Positions 1-8,095 of a stretch of DNA of 64,000 nucleotides are shown piece by piece. Where the stretch lies: positions 7,935 to 71,934 of the IMG/VR virus record IMGVR_UViG_3300032225_001595; one strand, 5' to 3'. Position 1 is the first letter of the stretch; every line of letters starts with the position of its first letter. This DNA comes from a virus (Duplodnaviria > Caudoviricetes). The translations under genes were made by a program, and so were the position numbers. Under the pieces are notes generated by a model that worked only from the letters and a program-made list of their open reading frames with translations, made no database searches and was not told where the DNA came from.

Positions 1-2835
1 ATCAGGGCTGATTTTCATCAGGGTAGCCCTACATTGCATATTGAACGGTTTAAGAAAGCACTTTCTCGGGGTGAAGTTTCTAAGGATGTTGCTACATCGG
101 AAATTAATCGCGCTAAAGACGCTATTTCTAAAACTTCTATGTTTGTTAGGCAGACAAGTTTAAAGAGAAAAAACACAAAGGGGGATATGACCCCGGGTGT
201 TCCTAATGTTTCTTTGGACGCCACGCATGAAATTGTTCATCCTGATTATATTGGTAGTCCAGAAGATTCACTCACTGCAAAGAGGTCCGCGGCTAGGGCA
301 TCTACGTGGGGTCCTGCGGAGGACCCGGGCACTCCTCGTATTAAAGGTGAGGGTGCTGTTGTACGTTCTGGTAGACCGACTCCTGAGGGTGTTCTTACGC
401 GCCCGTTTAAAGCCCCGGCTCCTCCTTCAAAAGTTACTGGGTTTACTAATCAAACCACGTTTAATACAGCAAAACCTGCTGAGCCTGAGTCTGACGAGTA
501 TGGTAATCCGCGAGAATTAGAGGGGACTCGTGATATTGGTGGGGCGAGGTCTGTTGAATCTCAGCGCACCGATGTTTCTAATAAAGATCGTTGGAAAAAT
601 CTTACCCGTACCCCAGCACCTGTTGCACATTTGTTAAGTTTTGCGGGTGAGGCCGGGCGCACAAAAGTTTTATCATCTTTGCCTAAGGAAAACCCTGAAG
701 CACTGGTTGAGGGTGATCATTATCAAGATTCTATTGCCCACCACCTTTTGCATAAAAAGTTAACCCCAACACAGGTAATGGGTCTTAAAGAGGCGTTAAC
801 TAATATTCGTAGTGTTCATGGAAATTCCCTTCAAGTTCCTACTGTACGTAAAGGCAGAGTTGTAAGCTCTACTCAGTTGTGGTTTTGTGGGCATGAAGAT
901 TGTAATAAGTTAGCGGGGCACGATCCTGTTAAAGGGGAGCCTTCCCACGTTGGTAGTTCTTCCCGGGCATGGCAAGCGTACCCTGACAAGGATGATGATA
1001 CAACCTTAAAAGAGCCGTATACGACTTCTGGGTTTGATGCGATAGCTACTCGGCATAAGGAACTCAGCGACGAGCTTGCTTCTGCTACAACACAACTTCA
1101 GGGTCATCAACGGGCGGCAGCACGAATTCAAGGTCAAGCTAGGAATAGGGGAACCAGCCCAACAGATCACCCAGATTGGGAGTCCACGCAAGCTGGTATA
1201 GCTTCTTTGGCACCGCGTATTCCGGTGTTGGCGAAGCAGATTAGACAACACAAGTCGTGGATTAGCGCATATAACTTTAGGCAGCAGAATCAAGGTAATT
1301 ATTTTAATGAAGACGGTTCCGGTTTTGCTGCAGGTACGGAAGAAAAAGATGTTCCTGACCCTAAAGTTGGTAGAATTCTAGAACAGGAACGTCTTGAGCG
1401 CGAAAAAGCTGCGGCAGAAACTTTCCCTGAAACGCAAGAAGCTAATGTTAAAGAAGCTGAGAAAAGAATTTCCGAAGGTAACGCACCTAAGGGAACTCGA
1501 ATAGTTTACGGGTCTAGAACTGCTACGGGTAAGGCTAGGGTTGTTACCGATTTAGGTGGGGAGCCACAAAAACTTACGCTTCCAGTGTCTAAACAAGTTG
1601 GTGAGGCACGTATCGCATATAGTCCTTCTTCGTTACCTGCTGAAAGAACGCAGCGAGCTGAGGCGTCGGAAGCATCATCGACGTTACCTTCTTCTGATTA
1701 CACGGTTCAGGGCGGGCGAGTAAGACGTCGTCAGTGGGAAAAAATTTCGCCGACTGTGAGTTCAACTGGTGCTGGGGAAGCTGCTGAACAATTAGGTCAA
1801 TCATTTCGGGTGGTTGATGGTGCGCGTGTCCCTGCAGGGGGTTGGCGCCGCAATTTACTTGAACCTACTGAAAGTGTGGGTGGTATTTCAGTAGAACAGG
1901 CAAGAGCAGAAAATGCTGCGCGACCATTGTTTCCACCGCGTCGTGGAGTCGCAGCCACACCAGAAACTACTAATGATAGATCACCTGTGGTTGGGCGAGG
2001 ATCTTTTTACACTACTAGTGGTCTTACAGCCAAACCTTCCACGGAAGAATCACCAGAAAAACGTTTTCCTTATTTAGCTAACACCCCATCTGATGAACTA
2101 ACATCGGCTGGACGAAAGCGCAGTATTGACATTGCGAATGCTCGCCGTGATGTAGAAACGCATCAAGGCCATCTTGATTTACTGCGTGGCGGTTCCGTGG
2201 TTGATGCTTTAGCAGATAAACTTGGTAAAGCTAAAGAAGCACACGTTGGTCATCTTAAAACTTTAGAAGCTGCAAGACAAGAAGGCGATTTAAGAGAAAA
2301 TGCCGGATATCATGCAGCAAAAGAAACTGTTGCAAAAAGTCAATCAAGCATAGATGATCTCACTAGTAGGTTAGCTGACGCACGGTCGGGTAAATTGCCC
2401 GATAATGAGGTCACTATTCCTTCTCTTGATACTGCTGTTGCTATTCGTTCAAAAATGGGTGTTGGTGCGGATAAATACGCCGTAGGTTCAGCTATTAAAG
2501 TGGGTTCACCTGAACATAAAGCTGCTTTGGCGTATCACACGTCGGCACTTAAAAACGCTAAATCCGTATTAGCATCTCATGGTGTTGAGCAAACAGCACC
2601 AACTGGTGCGGGTGTTACCCCAAGAACATCTTCCTCGTTAACTGTAGGTACGTACGAACCAGCGACTCGGGCAGGGGTTGAAGCTCAGCGTCGTGGCGAG
2701 GATGAGCCTGAGGCACCTCATGATGTTGATGTCAGGTTGGAAAATACAGCTCGATCTTCGCTAACAGATCGCATTGACGAAGCCACTGAAATGCAAAGAA
2801 GAACTTCCGCGTTTGCTCTTGGGCGTGGCATGTAG
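1..2835 (+). CDS. Very large low-complexity protein, 5'-truncated by the window (>944 aa), with an embedded GreA-like coiled-coil segment
   Basis: Frame 1 is open from base 1 to TAG at 2833-2835 (the track start at 34 is an internal TTG). AARQEGDLRENAGYHAAKE at about 2269-2325 matches the GreA signature. Confidence 0.85.
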   Translation: MRADFHQGSPTLHIERFKKALSRGEVSKDVATSEINRAKDAISKTSMFVRQTSLKRKNTKGDMTPGVPNVSLDATHEIVHPDYIGSPEDSLTAKRSAARASTWGPAEDPGTPRIKGEGAVVRSGRPTPEGVLTRPFKAPAPPSKVTGFTNQTTFNTAKPAEPESDEYGNPRELEGTRDIGGARSVESQRTDVSNKDRWKNLTRTPAPVAHLLSFAGEAGRTKVLSSLPKENPEALVEGDHYQDSIAHHLLHKKLTPTQVMGLKEALTNIRSVHGNSLQVPTVRKGRVVSSTQLWFCGHEDCNKLAGHDPVKGEPSHVGSSSRAWQAYPDKDDDTTLKEPYTTSGFDAIATRHKELSDELASATTQLQGHQRAAARIQGQARNRGTSPTDHPDWESTQAGIASLAPRIPVLAKQIRQHKSWISAYNFRQQNQGNYFNEDGSGFAAGTEEKDVPDPKVGRILEQERLEREKAAAETFPETQEANVKEAEKRISEGNAPKGTRIVYGSRTATGKARVVTDLGGEPQKLTLPVSKQVGEARIAYSPSSLPAERTQRAEASEASSTLPSSDYTVQGGRVRRRQWEKISPTVSSTGAGEAAEQLGQSFRVVDGARVPAGGWRRNLLEPTESVGGISVEQARAENAARPLFPPRRGVAATPETTNDRSPVVGRGSFYTTSGLTAKPSTEESPEKRFPYLANTPSDELTSAGRKRSIDIANARRDVETHQGHLDLLRGGSVVDALADKLGKAKEAHVGHLKTLEAARQEGDLRENAGYHAAKETVAKSQSSIDDLTSRLADARSGKLPDNEVTIPSLDTAVAIRSKMGVGADKYAVGSAIKVGSPEHKAALAYHTSALKNAKSVLASHGVEQTAPTGAGVTPRTSSSLTVGTYEPATRAGVEAQRRGEDEPEAPHDVDVRLENTARSSLTDRIDEATEMQRRTSAFALGRGM

Positions 2836-2906
2836 GGCGTATGGGAATTGAACCCATCAGTGGCGGGATATAAGCCCGCTGCGGTCAACCAGCTCGCCCA
2901 CGCCCC
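2833..2906 (-). tRNA. tRNA-Ile, anticodon UAU (no encoded CCA)
   Basis: Minus strand: GGGGCGT GG GCG-AGCTGGTTGAC-CGC A GCGGG-CT TAT AT-CCCGC CACTG ATGGG-TTCAATT-CCCAT ACGCCCT A. Anticodon and T stems are perfect; G1:U72 wobble and G at position 8 are atypical. Confidence 0.75.
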
Positions 2907-2940
2907 AAGTAATGACACATAGTAATGGTAAACTTATAGT

Positions 2941-3483
2941 ATGGCAATAGACCTTTCCAATTTATCTAAAACGTCCCCAGAAGATGGTCCACAAATTCGT
3001 TTATTGGTTTGTCGTACTTGTAAAACTATTGAAGAGCTTCCAGATTACGATGGCCGCCCTGCCGACGACCTTTTGCTTAATATCTCTATAGAGAAGCATC
3101 AGCGTCCTGAGCCTCATATTGGGTTGTTGTTTAAGTTTCCGCTTAAGTATTGGGCAGTTCCCAAAGTTAAGCAGGAAATTGTTAAGCAAATTCAAGGCGG
3201 TTCTGCTGGTCTTGATGTTTTTGGCACTAATTTTTATGACACTAAGATGACTTTTCATGACGATGCGATGACTTGTTGGGCGCAACATAACCGCCCTAAG
3301 GGTCAATGTCCAGACTATAAATCGGATAAGAAACAGTTAAAACCGGATACTGCAAAGGAACGGAAGGATGCTGGCCTTGATGGGCCCGGCAATTCCGGCC
3401 CTAAAGTTTACTTGTGCGATTTTTGTCCTGTTAAAATGTATAACCAGAAGAGAGCGTACAGCGAAAAGGGTCTATACAACTAA
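2941..3483 (+). CDS. Hypothetical protein with CxxC motifs (possible Zn-binding)
   Basis: 180-aa ORF with CRTC and CDFC; ATG sits 6 nt after a TAAACT -10-like hexamer. Confidence 0.75.
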   Translation: MAIDLSNLSKTSPEDGPQIRLLVCRTCKTIEELPDYDGRPADDLLLNISIEKHQRPEPHIGLLFKFPLKYWAVPKVKQEIVKQIQGGSAGLDVFGTNFYDTKMTFHDDAMTCWAQHNRPKGQCPDYKSDKKQLKPDTAKERKDAGLDGPGNSGPKVYLCDFCPVKMYNQKRAYSEKGLYN

Positions 3484-3546
3484 ATTTCAGCGTATAATGG
3501 ATCTTAACAGGTTCCTTCGTACTGACATTTAGGAAGGTCGTGCACC

Positions 3547-3744
3547 ATGTTATTTGACATGGTTTGCTCATGCGGGGCAGCAATTCAAATTGATGTTGAA
3601 CCTACAGAAGATGATAACAGTGTTTGGTTACTTATCAACAGGTTTGTTAATGCGCATGTTAAGTGTGGCTTTATGACGCCTTTGAGAACAGATAAAGACC
3701 CAAGTACTACTTCTTTTAACATGGATATCAGTGAGAATGGCTAA
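3547..3744 (+). CDS. Small hypothetical protein (CxC...HxxC)
   Basis: 65-aa ORF overlapping the next start; GGAAGG upstream. Confidence 0.6.
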   Translation: MLFDMVCSCGAAIQIDVEPTEDDNSVWLLINRFVNAHVKCGFMTPLRTDKDPSTTSFNMDISENG

Positions 3745-4660
3745 TTATTACAAGGCATTAACTGATTCTATTGATGTTGCCCCTAGTGAAACTTCTTATT
3801 TCAGTCAAGCGAGTACTAATTTGGATCCAAGATTATTTGCAAATAATTCTATAAAGCCAAAAGTTCGTTCATCTATTTTGTCGCTTATCACTAATTCTCT
3901 TAGCACAAAATATCAGGGTGTTGAGGCGTGGATGCGTGCATGGTTGGCGGGTTCTGGGGTTTCTTATAATTGGACGGCTAATCGTCAACCTGCAGACCTT
4001 GATTGTTTAGTGGGTGTGGATTTCACTGGTTTTAGGCGAGCCAATACCCAGTATCAGGGGTTTAGCGATAAAGAAATCGCTGATATGATTAACGAAGATT
4101 TTAGATCAGATGTTCACCCGCAGACAGAAAACTTTTTAGGCGCGTTTGATTTAACTTTTTATGTCAACACTAAGTCTAATATTGTAGATATTAAACCGTA
4201 CGCTGCGTATTCTTTAACTGATAACACGTGGACAGTTCCGCCTAGTGATTTAGGTGTTGAGCATAATCCTGAGTGGGATGCTGTTATGGCTGCGGATGTT
4301 TCTCGCGCCACAGATATTGTTAACCGTTATAAAACGCATTATCAGGGTGTTAGAAATGCACCTAATGATGCTATTAGACGTAATCATGAGGTTGCCCTTC
4401 ATCATACTTTAGGTCAGGCAGCGGCATTGTTTGATGAAATTCATGAGGGTAGAAAGCACGCTTTTAGTTCCGCAGGTGAGGGTTACGCAGACTTCACTAA
4501 TTATCGTTGGCAGTCCGGAAAGCAGGCGGGGATTATTCAACCGTTGAAGCAGTTAAAGGACGCCCACCAAACCGCTAGTGCCGGTGAGACGTACGGGCTT
4601 TCTTTGCCCAGTGCTGATATTATGGTACGGCGAGCAGCTAGCCAATATATCCAAAGATAG
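3737..4660 (+). CDS. Nucleotidyltransferase (Pol-beta superfamily)
   Basis: hGS...DhDh motif: AGSGVSYNWTANRQPADLDCLV; further acidic motif FDLTFYV. Confidence 0.75.
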   Translation: MANYYKALTDSIDVAPSETSYFSQASTNLDPRLFANNSIKPKVRSSILSLITNSLSTKYQGVEAWMRAWLAGSGVSYNWTANRQPADLDCLVGVDFTGFRRANTQYQGFSDKEIADMINEDFRSDVHPQTENFLGAFDLTFYVNTKSNIVDIKPYAAYSLTDNTWTVPPSDLGVEHNPEWDAVMAADVSRATDIVNRYKTHYQGVRNAPNDAIRRNHEVALHHTLGQAAALFDEIHEGRKHAFSSAGEGYADFTNYRWQSGKQAGIIQPLKQLKDAHQTASAGETYGLSLPSADIMVRRAASQYIQR

Positions 4661-4667
4661 GAAAATA

Positions 4668-5267
4668 ATGTCCGATAAGTCCATTAATGGTTGGGATGTT
4701 CTTCCCAGCCAATCTGATAAGCGTCTTGCAATTGGTGTTGTTCCCGGCACTAATGTAAAGTTGCGTGCCCGTAAGGAAGTACTTCCGTTGCTTCTTGCAA
4801 TTGCCGCAGACTTTAACCGGGAAGTAGCAAAGTTGCGTAACGGTGAGTGTGGTGCTTACTGCTATCGCAAGGCACGTCAAGGTGGTGGCGCTTTTAGTGA
4901 CCACAGTTCTGGTACTGCCATGGATCTTAACTGGGGTCATGAGGGTGCTATGGGCCCTAAGGGTGGTATGAAGACCATGACCGCAGCCCAGATTAAAGCG
5001 TGTGCCGAAATTAAGAAGCGTTACAAGATTGTTATTTGGGGTGGCGACAAGGCTAAGGGCGGCGATTACAGCAGCCCCGGTTCGTGGGACCCTATGCATT
5101 ACGCGCTTAAGTCAAAGATCACTGTTGGTGATATTGCGAAGGTTTTGACAGACCTTGGTATTGACAAGAATGGTGTTCGTAAGGGCGTTGGTATTAAGAA
5201 GCCAAGTGTCCTCACGAAGGTTACCGCATCCGTTAAGCCAGTTGTAAAGCCAGAACCAGTCAAGTAA
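4668..5267 (+). CDS. Endolysin, M15-family Zn peptidase
   Basis: SDHSSGTAMDLNW (SxHxxGxAxD) and DPMHY; Lys/Pro-rich tail; ATG at 4668 after AGGAAA. Confidence 0.85.
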   Translation: MSDKSINGWDVLPSQSDKRLAIGVVPGTNVKLRARKEVLPLLLAIAADFNREVAKLRNGECGAYCYRKARQGGGAFSDHSSGTAMDLNWGHEGAMGPKGGMKTMTAAQIKACAEIKKRYKIVIWGGDKAKGGDYSSPGSWDPMHYALKSKITVGDIAKVLTDLGIDKNGVRKGVGIKKPSVLTKVTASVKPVVKPEPVK

Positions 5268-5275
5268 ACAGTACT

Positions 5276-5303
5276 GGGTGGGGATGGTTTTCTGTCCCCA
5301 CCC
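5276..5303 (+). terminator. GC-rich hairpin after the endolysin gene (terminator or stabiliser)
   Basis: GGGTGGGGA-N10-TCCCCACCC, 9-bp perfect stem, no strong U-tract. Confidence 0.5.
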
Positions 5304-5323
5304 AAATCCATCAGGAGAAATAG

Positions 5324-6043
5324 ATGAATAAGAACGAAAAAATTACTATTGCGTTTGCCCATGACATTGTTGTGGACACCGAATTTGCGCTGAGCATGAT
5401 GGAAATTGTGCGCAAGTTACCCGATCGTATTGCATCGTACCATTGTGTTGAGGGTACCGGCTTGTTAACAAAGAGCCGTAATATTGTTGTAAAGCATTTC
5501 TTGGACACCCCCAGTACTGGTGATTGGTTACTTATGGTTGATACTGACCAACGAGTTCCAGTGGAGTCTTTGGAAAAGTTAATTCAGGTAGCGGACAAGA
5601 ATAAACGCCCTGTTGTATCGGGTCTTGTTTTTGCTGCTGTGTGGAATGGGTTGTCTTTGCGTCCAGTTCCTGCAATCTTTTATCAAACTGAAGATGGTGG
5701 AATTTTACCTTTGGACAATTATCCAAAAAATACGATTGTTGAGATTGCGGCGTGTGGTGCAGCGTACATGCTTATCCATCGTTCTGTTCTTGAAAAGATT
5801 CGTGAAAACGCCCCAGAAGACATCAAGGATTGGTGTTGGTTCCAAGACGGTCCAATTAATGGTAACCGTTGGTTGTCTGAGGACTTGATCTTTTCGACTA
5901 GAATCCGTGAAAACGGGTTCAAGATTCACGCCCACACTGGGGCACTTGCTGGGCATCACAAAATGCTTTGGATTGAGGAAGCACATTACGATCAGTGGAT
6001 TCAAGCCAATCCAGCAGGTACCGGTCTAGAACAGTTGATGTAA
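5324..6043 (+). CDS. GT-A fold (GT2-like) glycosyltransferase
   Basis: LLTKSRNIVVKHFL; WLLMVDTDQ (DxD); CGAAYMLIHRSVLEKI; SEDLIFS; HTG...HHK. Confidence 0.85.
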   Translation: MNKNEKITIAFAHDIVVDTEFALSMMEIVRKLPDRIASYHCVEGTGLLTKSRNIVVKHFLDTPSTGDWLLMVDTDQRVPVESLEKLIQVADKNKRPVVSGLVFAAVWNGLSLRPVPAIFYQTEDGGILPLDNYPKNTIVEIAACGAAYMLIHRSVLEKIRENAPEDIKDWCWFQDGPINGNRWLSEDLIFSTRIRENGFKIHAHTGALAGHHKMLWIEEAHYDQWIQANPAGTGLEQLM

Positions 6044-6044
6044 C

Positions 6045-6494
6045 ATGTCAGTTCTGGTGTTCTTAGACGGTGTTTTGCGTAAGGACATCGGTTCACCCAT
6101 AGTTCAAGGTGTGGCGCTTTTCCGGTCATTGCAGGAGAAGCGCCGCACCGTTATTTTATGCAAAGAAAAAAGTGAAGTTGAAATATGGTTGCGGCAAAAT
6201 AACATTATAAAGGTGGATGATGTGGTGTCCCATGAGGATGCTAAGTCAACCACAGATGTTGATTTGGTAGAGTATTGCCGTTCCAGAGGGTATGTAGATA
6301 CCGTTGTTACAGCGGACCCTGATGTGGCAAAAGAGCTTTTAGAGCGGGGTATTACGTCACTTCTTTTTCTTAGTGCTAAATATATTCGCCCTGAGTTTAG
6401 GCCTGATGGACGAAAAGGGGTTAAAAGCTGGGAAGCTTTGCAGCATGAGGTTGACAGGCAGGAAGAGTTATACAGGGAAGATCCTCGAGTATGA
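6045..6494 (+). CDS. HAD-superfamily-like protein lacking the motif-I nucleophile
   Basis: N-terminal VLVFLDGVLR resembles hhhDxDGVL but has F at the first Asp position. Confidence 0.55.
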   Translation: MSVLVFLDGVLRKDIGSPIVQGVALFRSLQEKRRTVILCKEKSEVEIWLRQNNIIKVDDVVSHEDAKSTTDVDLVEYCRSRGYVDTVVTADPDVAKELLERGITSLLFLSAKYIRPEFRPDGRKGVKSWEALQHEVDRQEELYREDPRV

Positions 6495-7960
6495 ACATCA
6501 TTTATCTTGGTGCAGAGGTACCAAGCAATAGGAAAATCCTTGAGGCTTGCCATGTTAAAAATGTCGGAATTTCATTTTGGCGGTTAAAGCAACGGGGTTT
6601 GCCGAAAACTAAAGAATATCTTATTGAGAATTATTTCCCGGATTATATGAACGTATATGTGTACCCCGGCCTGCCGTATAACCAAGAATTGAACCCGGTG
6701 GAGTTAGAAGAATTTGCGGCAGATTACGAGCACTTTGTTGCCGTTAATATTGACCGCATTTTTGCGTTTACAGATTTCCATAACGTGTATTTACCCAAGG
6801 GTTTGCTTGGTCAACAACGTGCCATTGTGTTCGATGGGGAAGAAAAGTTTTGGCCCATTTATACCAAAGCGGTGAATTACGCCGAGTTGTTGGAGTTTGC
6901 TCAGAAGTATCCTCGTATAGCCGTGGATGGGGATCTTATTGATTCTGACCCGTCCATAGCAGCCAAAATAAAGGCTGTGAGTTCCCAGTTTGGTACCGAG
7001 TTTCATGCGTTGTCTTACGCCCGTCCAGACGCCCTTAGGGGGGCTTTATGGACCACTGTGAGCACCATGTCTTGGCTTTCCCCAATGATGAGGGGTGAAA
7101 CAATTGTATGGGACGGGAATCAAATTCTGCGGTATCCAGCACGGATGAAGGAGCAGGCTCGCCCAAGATATAAGGCGGTGTGCGAGCGGGCTGGGCTGGA
7201 TTTTGATAAGATATTAGAGGACGACAATGTTGAGGTTTGCCGTCTTGCTGTCTGGTCGTATGACCAGTTTGAGACGAGGTTTAACATGATTTCAGGGTCC
7301 GGTAATGACGACTTATTTAATAACTTGCCTGAATTAGGTATGCAAGTATCTACGGAAACACCCCATTCCGATATTGATAACAGGGGGTCTGGGGTGCGGA
7401 AACTTAAGCCAAGAAATCCCGCCGAAATGACCACACTTCCGGTGTTTGGGGTGCAGGTTGAGACCATTATTGAGAAGGATATTGATGGTAGGGATGTCAT
7501 TAAGGATGTCCCGGTTTTATCGTCAAATGCGACTTCATTACGCATGTGCAATACCTGTTTTGTAGCAGCAAATTGTCCCGCGTTTAAGCCCGATAACATG
7601 TGTGCATTTAACCTTCCGGTGGAGATTAAAACCAAGGATCAGCTTAAAGCTTTGTTGAACGCAATCATTGAAATGCAGGGCCAAAGAGTAGCATTTGCAA
7701 GGTTTTCCGAGGAATTAAACGGCGGTTACCCGGATCCTAATGTGGGTCAGGAAATGGATAGATTGTTTAAAATGTTGGAGTCCATTAAGAAGCTTGAGGA
7801 GTCTTCGTCGTTTGTGAAAATGACGTTGGAAAGTAAGGGTTCTTCTAGTGGGGTTTTGTCGTCTTTGTTTGGTGAGCGGGCGCAAGTTTTGCGTGAATTA
7901 CCTGATGGTGGGTACTCTGAAACGGTTACCGATGCCATCATTCAGCAGTCATTTGAGTAA
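6491..7960 (+). CDS. Hypothetical protein: degenerate TGT/DpdA-like TIM-barrel N-terminus plus C-terminal Cys cluster
   Basis: The order IIYLGAE / VGISFW / FHALSYARPDALR / TVSTMSW parallels phage TGT-like proteins (inference). CNTCFVAANCPAFKPDNMC near the C-terminus. The CDS itself is well supported. Confidence 0.6.
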   Translation: MNIIYLGAEVPSNRKILEACHVKNVGISFWRLKQRGLPKTKEYLIENYFPDYMNVYVYPGLPYNQELNPVELEEFAADYEHFVAVNIDRIFAFTDFHNVYLPKGLLGQQRAIVFDGEEKFWPIYTKAVNYAELLEFAQKYPRIAVDGDLIDSDPSIAAKIKAVSSQFGTEFHALSYARPDALRGALWTTVSTMSWLSPMMRGETIVWDGNQILRYPARMKEQARPRYKAVCERAGLDFDKILEDDNVEVCRLAVWSYDQFETRFNMISGSGNDDLFNNLPELGMQVSTETPHSDIDNRGSGVRKLKPRNPAEMTTLPVFGVQVETIIEKDIDGRDVIKDVPVLSSNATSLRMCNTCFVAANCPAFKPDNMCAFNLPVEIKTKDQLKALLNAIIEMQGQRVAFARFSEELNGGYPDPNVGQEMDRLFKMLESIKKLEESSSFVKMTLESKGSSSGVLSSLFGERAQVLRELPDGGYSETVTDAIIQQSFE

Positions 7961-8095
7961 TACAACCTATTAAATATAATCCCAGTTAGTCATTTGCAAT
8001 AGTACCCTCCAATTTGCCAAATTTCTGCGCGTAGTGTAAGTTCCTTTCCCTTACCTTAGAAGTAGGTAATTAGAATCTATTTTTCAGAAGAGGTA

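Noticed and set aside
2476-2530. Remnant GreA C-terminal domain (AVGSAIKV-GSPEHKAAL)
   Set aside because: Resembles GSxVxV and SPLGxAL, but would need about 30 residues deleted; too short to separate from chance by eye.
2820-2906. tRNA as an attP/integration site (GGGCGTGG echo at 2821-2828)
   Set aside because: No integrase in the window; the 8-bp echo lies in coding sequence and is too short to be significant.
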